From Patescibacteria group bacterium (lineage in GTDB: Bacteria > Patescibacteriota > Microgenomatia > UBA1400 > PJMF01): a stretch of 45,530 nt of DNA. The position numbers and the translations under genes were made by a program. The stretch lies in the NCBI GenBank assembly GCA_018813375.1, contig JAHJBU010000003.1:1-45530 (forward strand), in the 5' to 3' direction. The notes below the pieces were generated by a model that saw only the letters and a program-made list of their open reading frames with translations, had not been told where the DNA came from and ran no database searches. This document shows positions 26,736 through 36,258 of this stretch, piece by piece; the stretch's first letter is position 1; every line of letters begins with the position of its first letter.

Positions 26736-26760
26736 CCCGAAACTAGTTCGGGGTTTACTT
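26736..26760 (+). terminator. Hairpin downstream of the Panacea cassette; weak intrinsic-terminator candidate
   Basis: CCCGAA 26736-26741 / loop ACTAG / TTCGGG 26747-26752, followed by GTTTACTT. The T-tract is short, so the call is tentative. Confidence 0.4.
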
Positions 26761-26788
26761 GGCAATTCCTAGAGTGTATCTTTTGATT

Positions 26789-26818
26789 ATGGTAAAAAAT
26801 GGTAAATGAGCTTATAGT
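26789..26818 (+). promoter_or_regulatory. 10-bp-phased direct repeats (ATGGTAAA x2) plus a -10-like TATAGT upstream of mraZ; candidate MraZ autoregulatory boxes and dcw promoter
   Basis: ATGGTAAA at 26789-26796 and 26799-26806; TATAGT at 26813-26818; mraZ ATG at 26828. Confidence 0.35.
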
Positions 26819-26827
26819 ATCCTTAAA

Positions 26828-27247
26828 ATGTTTATCGGCAGATACTATCACACGCTTGAAGAAAACAATCGTGTTTCATTACCAAAAAAATTTAGAAATA
26901 TAGAAACAAACTGGATCGTCACTAGAGGATTAGACGGCGGTTTATTTTTATTTAGAGCTGCGAATTTTAAAGAAGAATTAGAAAAACTCTCGCAGCGCAC
27001 TTTCACAAAAAAAGCACATCGTGACTTTATAAGATTAATGACAAATGACGCTAAAGAAATTATAGCTGACAAAAATGGTCGAGTTTCCCTGCCCGAATAC
27101 TTGATTAAATTTGCTCAATTAAAAAAACAATTAGTGGTAATTGGTAGCTACTCGCATATAGAAATTTGGAACCAAAATCGATATCACCAATATTTAGAAA
27201 AAATCGAATCACAAGCTGAAAAACTTGCAGAAAGAGTAGATGACTAA
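26828..27247 (+). CDS. mraZ: Transcriptional regulator MraZ
   Basis: MFIGRYYHTLEENNRVSLPKKFR ... DKNGRVSLPEYL shows the duplicated SpoVT/AbrB-like (R/K)VS(L/I)P motif. It is the first gene of the dcw cluster. Confidence 0.9.
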   Translation: MFIGRYYHTLEENNRVSLPKKFRNIETNWIVTRGLDGGLFLFRAANFKEELEKLSQRTFTKKAHRDFIRLMTNDAKEIIADKNGRVSLPEYLIKFAQLKKQLVVIGSYSHIEIWNQNRYHQYLEKIESQAEKLAERVDD

Positions 27248-28130
27248 AAATAAACACATTCCAGTGATGCTAGCAGAAGCTCTTGATGCACTAAAAATAA
27301 AATCAAATAGCTGGTACATCGATGCCACTTTTGGTCAAGGAGGTCATACTAAAGAAATTTTAAATCTTGGTGGCAATGTAATTGCCTTTGATTACGATCA
27401 AGACAATATTGAAGTAGGCCAAGAAAAATTTGCCTCAGAAACTAAAAAGGGGTCATTAATCTTAATTAGAGAAAACTTTGATCAACTAGAGAAAATAATC
27501 AAAGAGCTTGGTCTACCCGTTGCTGGAATTTTATTTGATTTTGGTACTACCAGCGAACAACTCATGTCTCCAAAAAAAGGATTAAGTTTTGAGGGGGAAG
27601 ATCAAGAACTAGATATGAGACTTGATGACCGCCTGGGAGTCAAGGCAAAGGATCTTCTCGCTGTAATGGGTCAAAAACAGCTTCAAAAAATATTTGAAGT
27701 TTTCGGTGGAGAAAAAGAAGCTAGAAAGATTGCTCATGAAATTATTGAAAAACGCCGAGCTGGTGAATTTATTACAACCGTTGGTCAATTAGTCCAGCTT
27801 ATTAAGCTTACCAAAGCTCACAACCCAAAAAATATTCATCCTGCAACAAAAGTCTTCCAAGCGTTACGAATCGCAGTCAACGATGAGCTAGGCAGTATTC
27901 ACAGAGCTTTGCCACAGGCAATAAAAATTCTAAAACCAGGCTCAAGAATCATCACGATTGCTTTTCATGAAGGAGAAGACAGAATTATCAAAAACTACTT
28001 TAAAAAATGGCAGGTAGAAAACAAAGGTCAACAATTAACAAAAAAAGTTATTAAACCAACAGAAAAAGAAATCTCAAATAATCCTAAAGCTAGAAGCGCT
28101 AGGATGAGAATTTTCAGAAAAAATAAATAA
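27240..28130 (+). CDS. rsmH: 16S rRNA (cytosine1402-N4)-methyltransferase RsmH
   Basis: HIPVMLAEALDAL ... IDATFGQGGHT ... FDFGTTSEQL ... AFHEGEDRIIK. Confidence 0.9.
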   Translation: MTKNKHIPVMLAEALDALKIKSNSWYIDATFGQGGHTKEILNLGGNVIAFDYDQDNIEVGQEKFASETKKGSLILIRENFDQLEKIIKELGLPVAGILFDFGTTSEQLMSPKKGLSFEGEDQELDMRLDDRLGVKAKDLLAVMGQKQLQKIFEVFGGEKEARKIAHEIIEKRRAGEFITTVGQLVQLIKLTKAHNPKNIHPATKVFQALRIAVNDELGSIHRALPQAIKILKPGSRIITIAFHEGEDRIIKNYFKKWQVENKGQQLTKKVIKPTEKEISNNPKARSARMRIFRKNK

Positions 28131-28136
28131 TTAAAA

Positions 28137-28442
28137 ATGAAAACTAAAAATAATAAAAACAATTTTTACAAATTTTACTATCTTTTACTTGGAGGATTTC
28201 TACTTACCCAAGTTTCATACACTCTCTATCAAGCCAGCTTTGTGGTGGCTCATGGTCGCCAACAACAAAATTTAAAACTTCACCAAGCTCAATTGACTTA
28301 TCAAAAACAAAAACTTGAAGAAAAATTAGCAATTAATACCTCACTTTCGATGTTTACTCAAAAAACAGGCCTCGTTAATTATCAAGCCATCTCTCAACCT
28401 CTGACTATTGAAACTTCAAACAGCCTTGCTGCTTTAAATTAA
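28137..28442 (+). CDS. ftsL: FtsL-like small bitopic division protein
   Basis: 101 aa with one TM segment (YYLLLGGFLLTQVSYTLY) followed by a coiled-coil-like segment. The position between rsmH and ftsI is the main evidence. Confidence 0.5.
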   Translation: MKTKNNKNNFYKFYYLLLGGFLLTQVSYTLYQASFVVAHGRQQQNLKLHQAQLTYQKQKLEEKLAINTSLSMFTQKTGLVNYQAISQPLTIETSNSLAALN

Positions 28443-28458
28443 AGTAAAATAATAAGAA

Positions 28459-30246
28459 ATGGTCAGTAAATATTCTCGGTCTCACTCTACTTTAGCCAAA
28501 ACTCCAGCGAGGAATAAAATTATTTTAATTGGAATTTATCTAGGATTACTAACTGTTTTGTTTCGACTCTTTTATTGGCAGATAATTAAAGGTTCTTGGC
28601 TTAAATCAGCTGCACTTGATCAATACGAGCGCACTTTAATTACTCAAGGTCAAAGAGGACATATCTACACCAATGATAGCCATCTATTAGTTGGCAACAC
28701 AACCAGATATCACTTGGTTAGCTACCCCTATCTCTTAGAAAAATCTCCAGCAGAAATTTCTCAAGCAATTTTACCTCTTCTGCTTAATGATCTAGAAGAA
28801 TATAAAGAATCCACAGATGAAGCTAAAAAAAAGGAGTTAAAAACTCAGCTTGCTGTAAAAATTGAACAACAGCTCAATAAAAATGATGCTAAATGGGTTT
28901 CTTTATTACCAAACCTTTCTGAAAAAACAAAAATTGACCTTTCCGCCCTGAATATAGTTGGGTTAGATTTTGAACAAAACATGATCAGACTCTACCCAGA
29001 GGCTTCAATGGCTGCTCACATAACTGGATTTGTTGGTAAAAACGAACAGGGACAACCAATTGGCTACTTTGGAATTGAGGGGGCCCTTAATAAAGAACTG
29101 TCTGGAAAAAAAAGAAAAACTACCTTTTCTACAGATGCATTGGGATTCTCATTTCTTGGATTAAACTCAGCTAAAACTAGCTCAACTCAGGGTAGAGATG
29201 TGACTCTAACTATCCAAAGAGACATCCAAGCTCTTGTGGAATCTGCACTACAAAAAGGTCTAGAGCAATATGGTGCAAAAGCCGGAGAAGTCATTATTAT
29301 TAATCCACAAACTGGAGAAATATTAGCTCTGGCAGCTGAGCCTAAATTTGATCAATCAACCTACAATAAATTTGAACAATATTTGTACAAAAATCCAACT
29401 TTGAATAACATGTTTGAGCCAGGATCAATCTTAAAAATACTAACTGTAGCATCTGGTATCGATTCTGGAGTAATAAATCCAGAAACAAAATGCACTAACT
29501 GCGATAAACCTAGGGTAATTGGCAAATACACCATTAGAACCTGGAATGACGAGTATCATCCAGAAATAAATATAACTAATGCTTTAGCTAAATCTGACAA
29601 CATTGCCATGATTTTTGTTGCGGAAAAAATGGGCTCAGAAATCTTTAAAAAATATTTAGAAGATTTTGGAATTGGAGAAAAACTCGATATTGAATTAAGC
29701 GGTGATACCGATACTCCTTTCCCTGAAAAATGGGGGCCTGTAGAATTAGCAACCAGATCATTTGGTCAAGGGATTAGCACTACTAGCTTACAGATGATCA
29801 GAGCTGTAGCCACTATCGCCAACCAAGGAATAATGATGCAGCCACAAATCATTAAAAAAGTACAAGATCCAAATGAAGATGAAATTATTGTCTATCCCAA
29901 AAAAGTCAGACAAGTAATTTCTCCTGAAACTGCGCAACAAGTAACAGAAATGATGGTTAATGCTGCCAAAAGCGGTGAGGCTCAGTGGACCTATTCTAAA
30001 ACTCATTCTGTGGCTGCTAAAACCGGTACTTCTCAAATTCCAGCGCAAAAAGGTGGGTATCAAAAAGATGCTACCATCGCTAGCTTTATTGGTTTTGCTC
30101 CACCAGAAAATCCTCAATTTTTGATGTTGGTTAAACTAATTGAACCACAAAGCTCCCCGTGGGCCGCAGAAACAGCTGCCCCACTTTGGTATAAAATTGC
30201 TGAAAAACTTTTTCTTAGCCTAAACATTCCTCCTGATCACCAATAA
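28459..30246 (+). CDS. ftsI: Class B penicillin-binding protein / peptidoglycan D,D-transpeptidase FtsI
   Basis: N-terminal TM segment, SxxK (GSILK), SxN (KSDN) and KTGT (AKTGTS) motifs in the correct order. Confidence 0.85.
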   Translation: MVSKYSRSHSTLAKTPARNKIILIGIYLGLLTVLFRLFYWQIIKGSWLKSAALDQYERTLITQGQRGHIYTNDSHLLVGNTTRYHLVSYPYLLEKSPAEISQAILPLLLNDLEEYKESTDEAKKKELKTQLAVKIEQQLNKNDAKWVSLLPNLSEKTKIDLSALNIVGLDFEQNMIRLYPEASMAAHITGFVGKNEQGQPIGYFGIEGALNKELSGKKRKTTFSTDALGFSFLGLNSAKTSSTQGRDVTLTIQRDIQALVESALQKGLEQYGAKAGEVIIINPQTGEILALAAEPKFDQSTYNKFEQYLYKNPTLNNMFEPGSILKILTVASGIDSGVINPETKCTNCDKPRVIGKYTIRTWNDEYHPEINITNALAKSDNIAMIFVAEKMGSEIFKKYLEDFGIGEKLDIELSGDTDTPFPEKWGPVELATRSFGQGISTTSLQMIRAVATIANQGIMMQPQIIKKVQDPNEDEIIVYPKKVRQVISPETAQQVTEMMVNAAKSGEAQWTYSKTHSVAAKTGTSQIPAQKGGYQKDATIASFIGFAPPENPQFLMLVKLIEPQSSPWAAETAAPLWYKIAEKLFLSLNIPPDHQ

Positions 30247-30267
30247 TCTGAGTTATAATCAATATGT

Positions 30268-31485
30268 ATGAAAACATACCTAGCTCAACTAATATACAAA
30301 CTCAAGCGCCCCTTTCATTTTTTCAAAACTGGTTTATTAAAAGGATTTGCAGGACAGATCAAATATAAGTTTCCTGCCAAAGAGTTAAAAATCATTGCTA
30401 TCACTGGCACTGATGGTAAAACCACCTCCGCAACCTTGCTTTATCACGTCTTAAAAAAATCAGGTAAAAAAGTCGGTCTTATCTCAACCGTAGCAGCTTA
30501 TATAGGAGCCCAAAAAATTACTACTGGTCTTCATGTCACCTCCCCAGATCCTTTCCAACTTCATAAACTACTGCGCAGAATGGCTAATAAAAAAATAGAA
30601 TATGTAGTCTTAGAAATTACTTCTCACGGAGCATATCAATATCGAAATTGGGGAATTAAACCCATTATTGCTGGACTAACTAACATTGCCCACGAACACC
30701 TTGATTATCACTTAATACTAGATGAATATATTAAGGCTAAAATCTTAGTTTTAAAAAAAGCCAAAACAATAATTCTAAATAGAGATGACAGCAATTATCA
30801 AAAAGTTGCATCACGCTTAAATACCGATAAAATTTTAACTTATAGTCTTAAAGATAGATTGGCTCCGGTAGTAGCAGGCGCAATTAAAGATCGTTTTGTA
30901 GAAGAATATAATTGGCTAAATGCCCGCCTAGTTTACGCCATTTTGAAAAACCTAGGCATTGATAATAAAAAAATATCTGAGTCTATAAAAAGCTTTCCAG
31001 AAATTCCAGGCAGAATGCAAGAAATTGAAATTAAAAAAAAATTTCGAGTGATTGTTGATTTTGCTCACACTCCTCAGGGAGTAGAAGCGGCATTAACAGC
31101 GCTTAAAAAACAACTCAGTAGAGAGGAAGGGCGCTTAATTGCTGTATACGGAACAGCAGGACTTAGAGATCATCAAAAGCGACCTTTAATGGGTAAAATT
31201 GGAGCCAAGCTTGCCGACCTAGTTATCTTTACAGCAGAAGATCCTCGTACTGAAGACGTGTGGTCGATTATTCGCCAGCTCAAAGAAAATTTACATGATG
31301 ACTTAGACAAAATTATGAGTATTGCAGATCGCAGAGAGGCTATTGAATTTGCCCTCACTAAGATAGCAAAAAAAGGCGATATTGTTGCTATTTTAGGCAA
31401 AGGGCATGAGCAATCTATGTGTTACGGAAAAACTGAATATCCATGGAGTGATGAAAAAGTAGTCAAAGAAATTCTTAAAAAATGA
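30268..31485 (+). CDS. murE: MurE-like Mur ligase (UDP-MurNAc-L-Ala-D-Glu:diamino acid ligase type) with a very short N-terminal region
   Basis: P-loop ITGTDGKTT at about aa 45-53, DFAHTPQGVEAAL, GLRDHQKRPLMG, TAEDPRTED and GKGHEQ resemble MurE blocks (DYAHTPDAL, KRPxMG, DNPR, GKGHE). 405 aa. Confidence 0.65.
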   Translation: MKTYLAQLIYKLKRPFHFFKTGLLKGFAGQIKYKFPAKELKIIAITGTDGKTTSATLLYHVLKKSGKKVGLISTVAAYIGAQKITTGLHVTSPDPFQLHKLLRRMANKKIEYVVLEITSHGAYQYRNWGIKPIIAGLTNIAHEHLDYHLILDEYIKAKILVLKKAKTIILNRDDSNYQKVASRLNTDKILTYSLKDRLAPVVAGAIKDRFVEEYNWLNARLVYAILKNLGIDNKKISESIKSFPEIPGRMQEIEIKKKFRVIVDFAHTPQGVEAALTALKKQLSREEGRLIAVYGTAGLRDHQKRPLMGKIGAKLADLVIFTAEDPRTEDVWSIIRQLKENLHDDLDKIMSIADRREAIEFALTKIAKKGDIVAILGKGHEQSMCYGKTEYPWSDEKVVKEILKK

Positions 31486-32867
31486 GCTTACTTAATTTTA
31501 ATAATTTTTACTTAGTCGGTATAAAAGGTGTGGCCATGACCTCAATGGCGCAGTTATTAATTGATGCTAATAAAAAAGTTTCTGGCAGTGATCTGAAAGA
31601 AGAGTTTGTTACTCAAGAAATTTTAAATAAACTTAAAATCGATATTGATACTGACTTTAACACTCTTTTGCCAGAAAAAACCGAGTGCGTCATCTACACC
31701 GCCGCCCACCAAGCTAAACACAATCCTCAGGTAAAAAAAGCCATAGATAAAAATATTCCAGTTATTTCTCAAGCAGAAGCGGTAGCTGAGCTATTTAACT
31801 CTAAACAAGGTATCGCAGTATGTGGGGTTGGCGGTAAAAGCACTGTCTCGGCCATGATTGCCTGGATATTAGAAAAACTAGGCCACCAACCATCATTTTC
31901 CATCGGAGTAGGAAATATTCCAGGATTAAATAAAACTGGCCAATGGAATAACCAAAGCAAATATTTTGTGATTGAGGCTGATGAATACGTCATTAACCCA
32001 GAGCGGGGGATAAATGCCACTGCACGATTTTCATTTCTTAAACCCAATCTAACTATATGTACCAATCTTAAGTTTGACCATCCTGATGTTTATCGTGACT
32101 TTAAACATACCCAGCAAGTTTTTAATAATTTTTTTACTCAAACCACGGGAAAACTAATTATCAACTATCAAGATTTAAATAAGTTAATTGATCAAACTAT
32201 ACCAATATTATCATTTGGTGAAGACTCTAAAGCAGACATTTGTTTAAAAAATTATCAATCGCAACGGGGAGAAACAACTACAAAGCTAAAATATTTAAAT
32301 CAGAACTACCAACTAAAACTTAAAATACCAGGAAAATATAATGTAATGAATGCTCTCGCAGCTATTCTTGCCGTAACACAGATTAAAATTGACCCACAGC
32401 AAGCCATAGATGCTCTTTACACATTTCACTCTACCAAACGTCGGTTTGAGTATGTTGGAGAAAAAAATGGAGTCAAGTACTATGATGATTACGCGCACCA
32501 TCCTCATGAGGTTAAGGCAGTAATAACAGCTCTGAATGATTGGTATCCTCATCAGAGGAAAATTATTGCTTTTCAGTCTCATACTTATTCGCGAACAAAA
32601 AAACTTTTTAATGATTTTATTAATGCTTTTCAAAAAGCTGATGAAGTACTAATGATTGATATTTTTAGCTCAGCGAGAGAAAGTGTTGATCTATTAGTTA
32701 CCAGCACTAAACTCTGCAAGGCTATAGAAACTAAATACAAAATTCCTTCACATAATCTAAAAACTATTAAAAATTTAGCCAAATATTGTAAAGATAAACT
32801 CGAGGCTGGAGATGTTATAATCACTATTGGAGCAGGTGATATTTATCAAGTTCATGAGTTGATATAA
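31482..32867 (+). CDS. murC: UDP-N-acetylmuramate--L-alanine ligase MurC
   Basis: N-terminal FYLVGIKGVAMTSMAQLL, P-loop GVGGKSTVS, DDYAHHPHEV; ATGA overlap with murE. Confidence 0.85.
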   Translation: MSLLNFNNFYLVGIKGVAMTSMAQLLIDANKKVSGSDLKEEFVTQEILNKLKIDIDTDFNTLLPEKTECVIYTAAHQAKHNPQVKKAIDKNIPVISQAEAVAELFNSKQGIAVCGVGGKSTVSAMIAWILEKLGHQPSFSIGVGNIPGLNKTGQWNNQSKYFVIEADEYVINPERGINATARFSFLKPNLTICTNLKFDHPDVYRDFKHTQQVFNNFFTQTTGKLIINYQDLNKLIDQTIPILSFGEDSKADICLKNYQSQRGETTTKLKYLNQNYQLKLKIPGKYNVMNALAAILAVTQIKIDPQQAIDALYTFHSTKRRFEYVGEKNGVKYYDDYAHHPHEVKAVITALNDWYPHQRKIIAFQSHTYSRTKKLFNDFINAFQKADEVLMIDIFSSARESVDLLVTSTKLCKAIETKYKIPSHNLKTIKNLAKYCKDKLEAGDVIITIGAGDIYQVHELI

Positions 32868-32882
32868 AATATCCTTATATCT

Positions 32883-33845
32883 ATGTCTATTTTGACTCAG
32901 CTTAAACAGGCTTTTCCTCAGCTTAATTTCAAGCCTAATTTTCTATTAGCACCTCAGACTTATTCTAAAATTGGTGGTCAGGCTGAAGTTTACCTAGAAC
33001 TTAAAAAACGTCAACAAATTATTGAAATAATAAATTTCTGTAAAAACAAAAACATTAAGTTGACTCTTCTGGGAGGGGCTAGCAACGTAATTATTGATGA
33101 TCGGGGAATTTCCGGCTTAGTACTTCATTTAAAAAACAATAAGTTAATCAAGCTAGACAAAAGCACCATTGATGGAAAAAAGCTTATTCAGGCTGAAGCA
33201 GGTCTGAAAACATCACTTTTGGTTAAAAAAGTAATTGATTTGGGGTACTTTGGTCTAGAATATTTTTTAGGAATTCCCGGCACAGTTGGTGGTGCTATTT
33301 ATAATAATGCTCATTATTTAGAAAACTTAATTAGTGAGCACATTAACCGAGTAGAAATCATCGATCAACAAAATAAAGTTAAATGGATAAGTAAAAAAGA
33401 TTGCGAATTTCGCTATGGCTCATCTCGCTTTCAAAAAACTCAAGAAATTATCCTAAGAGTTGAGTTTGTATTAAAAAAAGGAAGCAAAGAAAAATCGCAT
33501 AAACTTGTGCAAAAAGCAACTCAATACCGAGCAAAAACCCAACCTCTGGGTAAACCTAGCTCAGGATGCATTTTTAAAAATACACCAAATACCCCAGAGC
33601 TAAAAAAACTTTTTCCTCAATTTAAAAATCAACAATTTGTTTCAGCTGGTTTTTTAATCGACCGCGCTGGTCTAAAGGGCGTCAGAGTCGGTGATGTAGA
33701 AGTATCTAAAAAACATGCTGCTTTTTTCATTAATCAAGGCAAAGGAACAGCAACTGATTTAAAAAAGCTAATTAAGTTAGTTAAACAAAAAATAAAACAA
33801 AAATTTAACATTAATTTGCAAGAAGAAATATTTTACTTGTCTTAA
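32883..33845 (+). CDS. murB: UDP-N-acetylenolpyruvoylglucosamine reductase MurB
   Basis: YSKIGGQAEVYLEL ... LLGGASNVII ... GIPGTVGGAIYNNA ... SGCIFKN ... AGFLID. Confidence 0.85.
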   Translation: MSILTQLKQAFPQLNFKPNFLLAPQTYSKIGGQAEVYLELKKRQQIIEIINFCKNKNIKLTLLGGASNVIIDDRGISGLVLHLKNNKLIKLDKSTIDGKKLIQAEAGLKTSLLVKKVIDLGYFGLEYFLGIPGTVGGAIYNNAHYLENLISEHINRVEIIDQQNKVKWISKKDCEFRYGSSRFQKTQEIILRVEFVLKKGSKEKSHKLVQKATQYRAKTQPLGKPSSGCIFKNTPNTPELKKLFPQFKNQQFVSAGFLIDRAGLKGVRVGDVEVSKKHAAFFINQGKGTATDLKKLIKLVKQKIKQKFNINLQEEIFYLS

Positions 33846-33855
33846 AAGGAGAACT

Positions 33856-35178
33856 ATGAGTACTTACGTCATTACTGGTGGCACTCCACTTTATGGGTCA
33901 GTTAGAGTTGGTGGAGCTAAAAATGCCTCATATAAAATTATGATTGCTGCTCTACTTGGAAACTCTCCCTCCAGATTGCTAAATTTTAGCCGCATTAGTG
34001 ATGTCAAGCAGGTAGCAAAAATCATTAATTCACTTGGAGCTAATGCTAAAACTATGGGTGAGAGAGCTTACTTAATTGACCCCAAAGGCTTAAATAATGA
34101 TTCTTTAGATACTAGTTTTGGTCAAGCTTCTAGAGCTGCAACCATGTTAATCCCAATTCTACTTGATCGCTTTAGTAGAGCGGTGGTGCCCTATCCAGGA
34201 GGAGACAAAATAGGTAAACGACCACTAGAAAGACACTTTAAGGGATTAATGGCTTTAGGTGCAAAAATTAAAACAAAGGGAAATCTTATTGAGGTTACTG
34301 CTCCGCAATTGATAGGAGGACATTATAAATTTGAAAAAAATACTCATACTGGGACTGAAACCCTGATTATGGCTGCTGTCAAAGCCCAAGGTCTAACCTT
34401 ATTAGAAAATGCAGCTGAAGAAACCGAAGTTGATGATCTAATCAAATTTCTAAACAGTATGGGCGCTAAAATTAAACGCACCAAATCTAGAACCATAGAA
34501 ATTCAAGGAGTTAAAAAACTTAGTGGAGCTATTCATAAAATAATGCCTGACCAAAACCAGGTAGTTTCATTTGCCTGCGCTGCCCTGGCAACCAAAGGTG
34601 ATATCATCGTTGAAAACGCCAAGAGCAAAGATATCCAAGCATTTCTCAAAGAATTAGATAATATCAGTGGTGGTTACGAGATAGGAAATTATGGCATTCG
34701 TTTTTTCTATAAAAAACCGCTCGTAGCTCATAACTTAGCGACAGCACCTCATCCTGGTTTTAAAACTGACTGGCAACCTCTGTGGACTGCTTTAATTACT
34801 CAGGCTGAAGGAATAAGTATTGTTCATGAAACAGTCTCTCAAAACCGTTTTAAATACACTCAAGCTCTGCAAAAAATGGGAGCAGATATTCAGTTATTTA
34901 ACCCAAAAATAGAAAATCCAACAGAAATATATAATTTCAATATTAAAGATATAAAAAAAGAAGATAAACATGCGGCAAAAATTACTGGAAAAACAAATTT
35001 AACAGGAGGTGAATTTGAGGTTGAAGATTTACGCCATGGAGCTACTTTATTAATAGCTGGTATGGTTGCTCAAGGAGAAACTATTCTCAAAGATCCTAAA
35101 AACCACATTAATCGCGGCTATGAAAATCTAGATCAACTTTTTAAAACTATGGGTGCTAAGATCAAAAGATTAGATTAA
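33856..35178 (+). CDS. murA: UDP-N-acetylglucosamine 1-carboxyvinyltransferase MurA
   Basis: ITGGTPLYGSVRVGGAKNAS ... PGGDKIGKRPLERH ... DLRHGATLLIAGMVAQGET; SD AAGGAG at 33846-33851. Confidence 0.9.
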   Translation: MSTYVITGGTPLYGSVRVGGAKNASYKIMIAALLGNSPSRLLNFSRISDVKQVAKIINSLGANAKTMGERAYLIDPKGLNNDSLDTSFGQASRAATMLIPILLDRFSRAVVPYPGGDKIGKRPLERHFKGLMALGAKIKTKGNLIEVTAPQLIGGHYKFEKNTHTGTETLIMAAVKAQGLTLLENAAEETEVDDLIKFLNSMGAKIKRTKSRTIEIQGVKKLSGAIHKIMPDQNQVVSFACAALATKGDIIVENAKSKDIQAFLKELDNISGGYEIGNYGIRFFYKKPLVAHNLATAPHPGFKTDWQPLWTALITQAEGISIVHETVSQNRFKYTQALQKMGADIQLFNPKIENPTEIYNFNIKDIKKEDKHAAKITGKTNLTGGEFEVEDLRHGATLLIAGMVAQGETILKDPKNHINRGYENLDQLFKTMGAKIKRLD

Positions 35179-35187
35179 ACTACAGTT

Positions 35188-36222
35188 ATGGCATTACTCT
35201 TAGGTCTCCTATTATTTTCTTTTATTGTAACTAGCATCACGATTGTGCCATTTATCAATCTTTTATATCGGCTTAAATTTCAAAGAGCCGATCAGGTTAC
35301 TAGAGACGCTTTTGGTAAAAAAACTCCAATTTTTGATAAATTTCATTCTCAAAAAGCAGGTACTCCCGTTGGAGGAGGGCTACTAGTTATTGCTTTAGTT
35401 TCAATTCTATTTGCAACTATTTTACCCATACTAGGCTTTTTAGGCATAGAGGTAACTAGTGTTTATCAAAGTGCTCAAGCTGAAATAAACATCCTATTTT
35501 TTACTTTTTTGTCATTTTCACTCTTAGGACTTTACGACGATGTAAAAAAATTCTTCGGGTTTAATCAAAGTGGATTCTTTGGGATGAGAATGAGAGTAAA
35601 ATTATTTTTACAAATTATTTTAGCAGTGATTGTCTCATGCATGATGTATTTCTCACTAGGAATTTCAATTCTACACATTCCTTTCATTGGAACGTTTCAG
35701 CTGGGAATTTTCTTCATCCCTTTTGCCACCTTTGTGATTGTGGCTTTTGCTAATGCAGTTAACATCACCGATGGGCTTGATGGCTTAGCCTCAGGAATAC
35801 TATTAATTTCTTTATTTGGGCTGTGGTTTTTGTCAGCATCAATTCTAGATATACCATTGTCAATTTTTATCGCCATGTGGCTGGGATCTTTAATTTCATT
35901 CTTATACTTTAACGTTTTTCCAGCTAGATTATTTATGGGCGATGTAGGCTCATTATCATTTGGAGCAACTTTAGCTGTAATTGGTTTACTGTTGGGCAAA
36001 ACTGTTGCTTTGATTATTATTGGCTTTATTTTTGTTTTAGAAATAAGTAGCTCTGCCATGCAATTACTTTCAAAGAAATATTTAGGTAAAAAAATCATTC
36101 CTGCTACACCATTTCATTTATTTCTCCAATACCATGGTTGGGAAGAGCCCAAGATAGTCCAAAGAGCTTGGTTAGTTCAAATTATGCTAACATTATTTGG
36201 CGTTTGGCTGGCAGTGATATAA
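35188..36222 (+). CDS. mraY: Phospho-N-acetylmuramoyl-pentapeptide transferase MraY
   Basis: Polytopic protein with GLYDD, NAVNITDGLDGLA and MGDVGSLSFG motifs. Confidence 0.9.
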   Translation: MALLLGLLLFSFIVTSITIVPFINLLYRLKFQRADQVTRDAFGKKTPIFDKFHSQKAGTPVGGGLLVIALVSILFATILPILGFLGIEVTSVYQSAQAEINILFFTFLSFSLLGLYDDVKKFFGFNQSGFFGMRMRVKLFLQIILAVIVSCMMYFSLGISILHIPFIGTFQLGIFFIPFATFVIVAFANAVNITDGLDGLASGILLISLFGLWFLSASILDIPLSIFIAMWLGSLISFLYFNVFPARLFMGDVGSLSFGATLAVIGLLLGKTVALIIIGFIFVLEISSSAMQLLSKKYLGKKIIPATPFHLFLQYHGWEEPKIVQRAWLVQIMLTLFGVWLAVI

Positions 36223-36230
36223 ACTTATTG

Positions 36231-36258
36231 CATGGGTAAAAAGACATGGGTAAAAAGA
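36231..36258 (+). repeat. Perfect 14-bp tandem duplication (CATGGGTAAAAAGA x2) spanning the ftsW start codon
   Basis: Copies at 36231-36244 and 36245-36258 are identical. The first copy creates an out-of-frame ATG at 36232 that opens an 11-codon mini-ORF (MGKKTWVKRIN, stop 36265-36267) overlapping the ftsW ATG at 36246. Confidence 0.9.
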
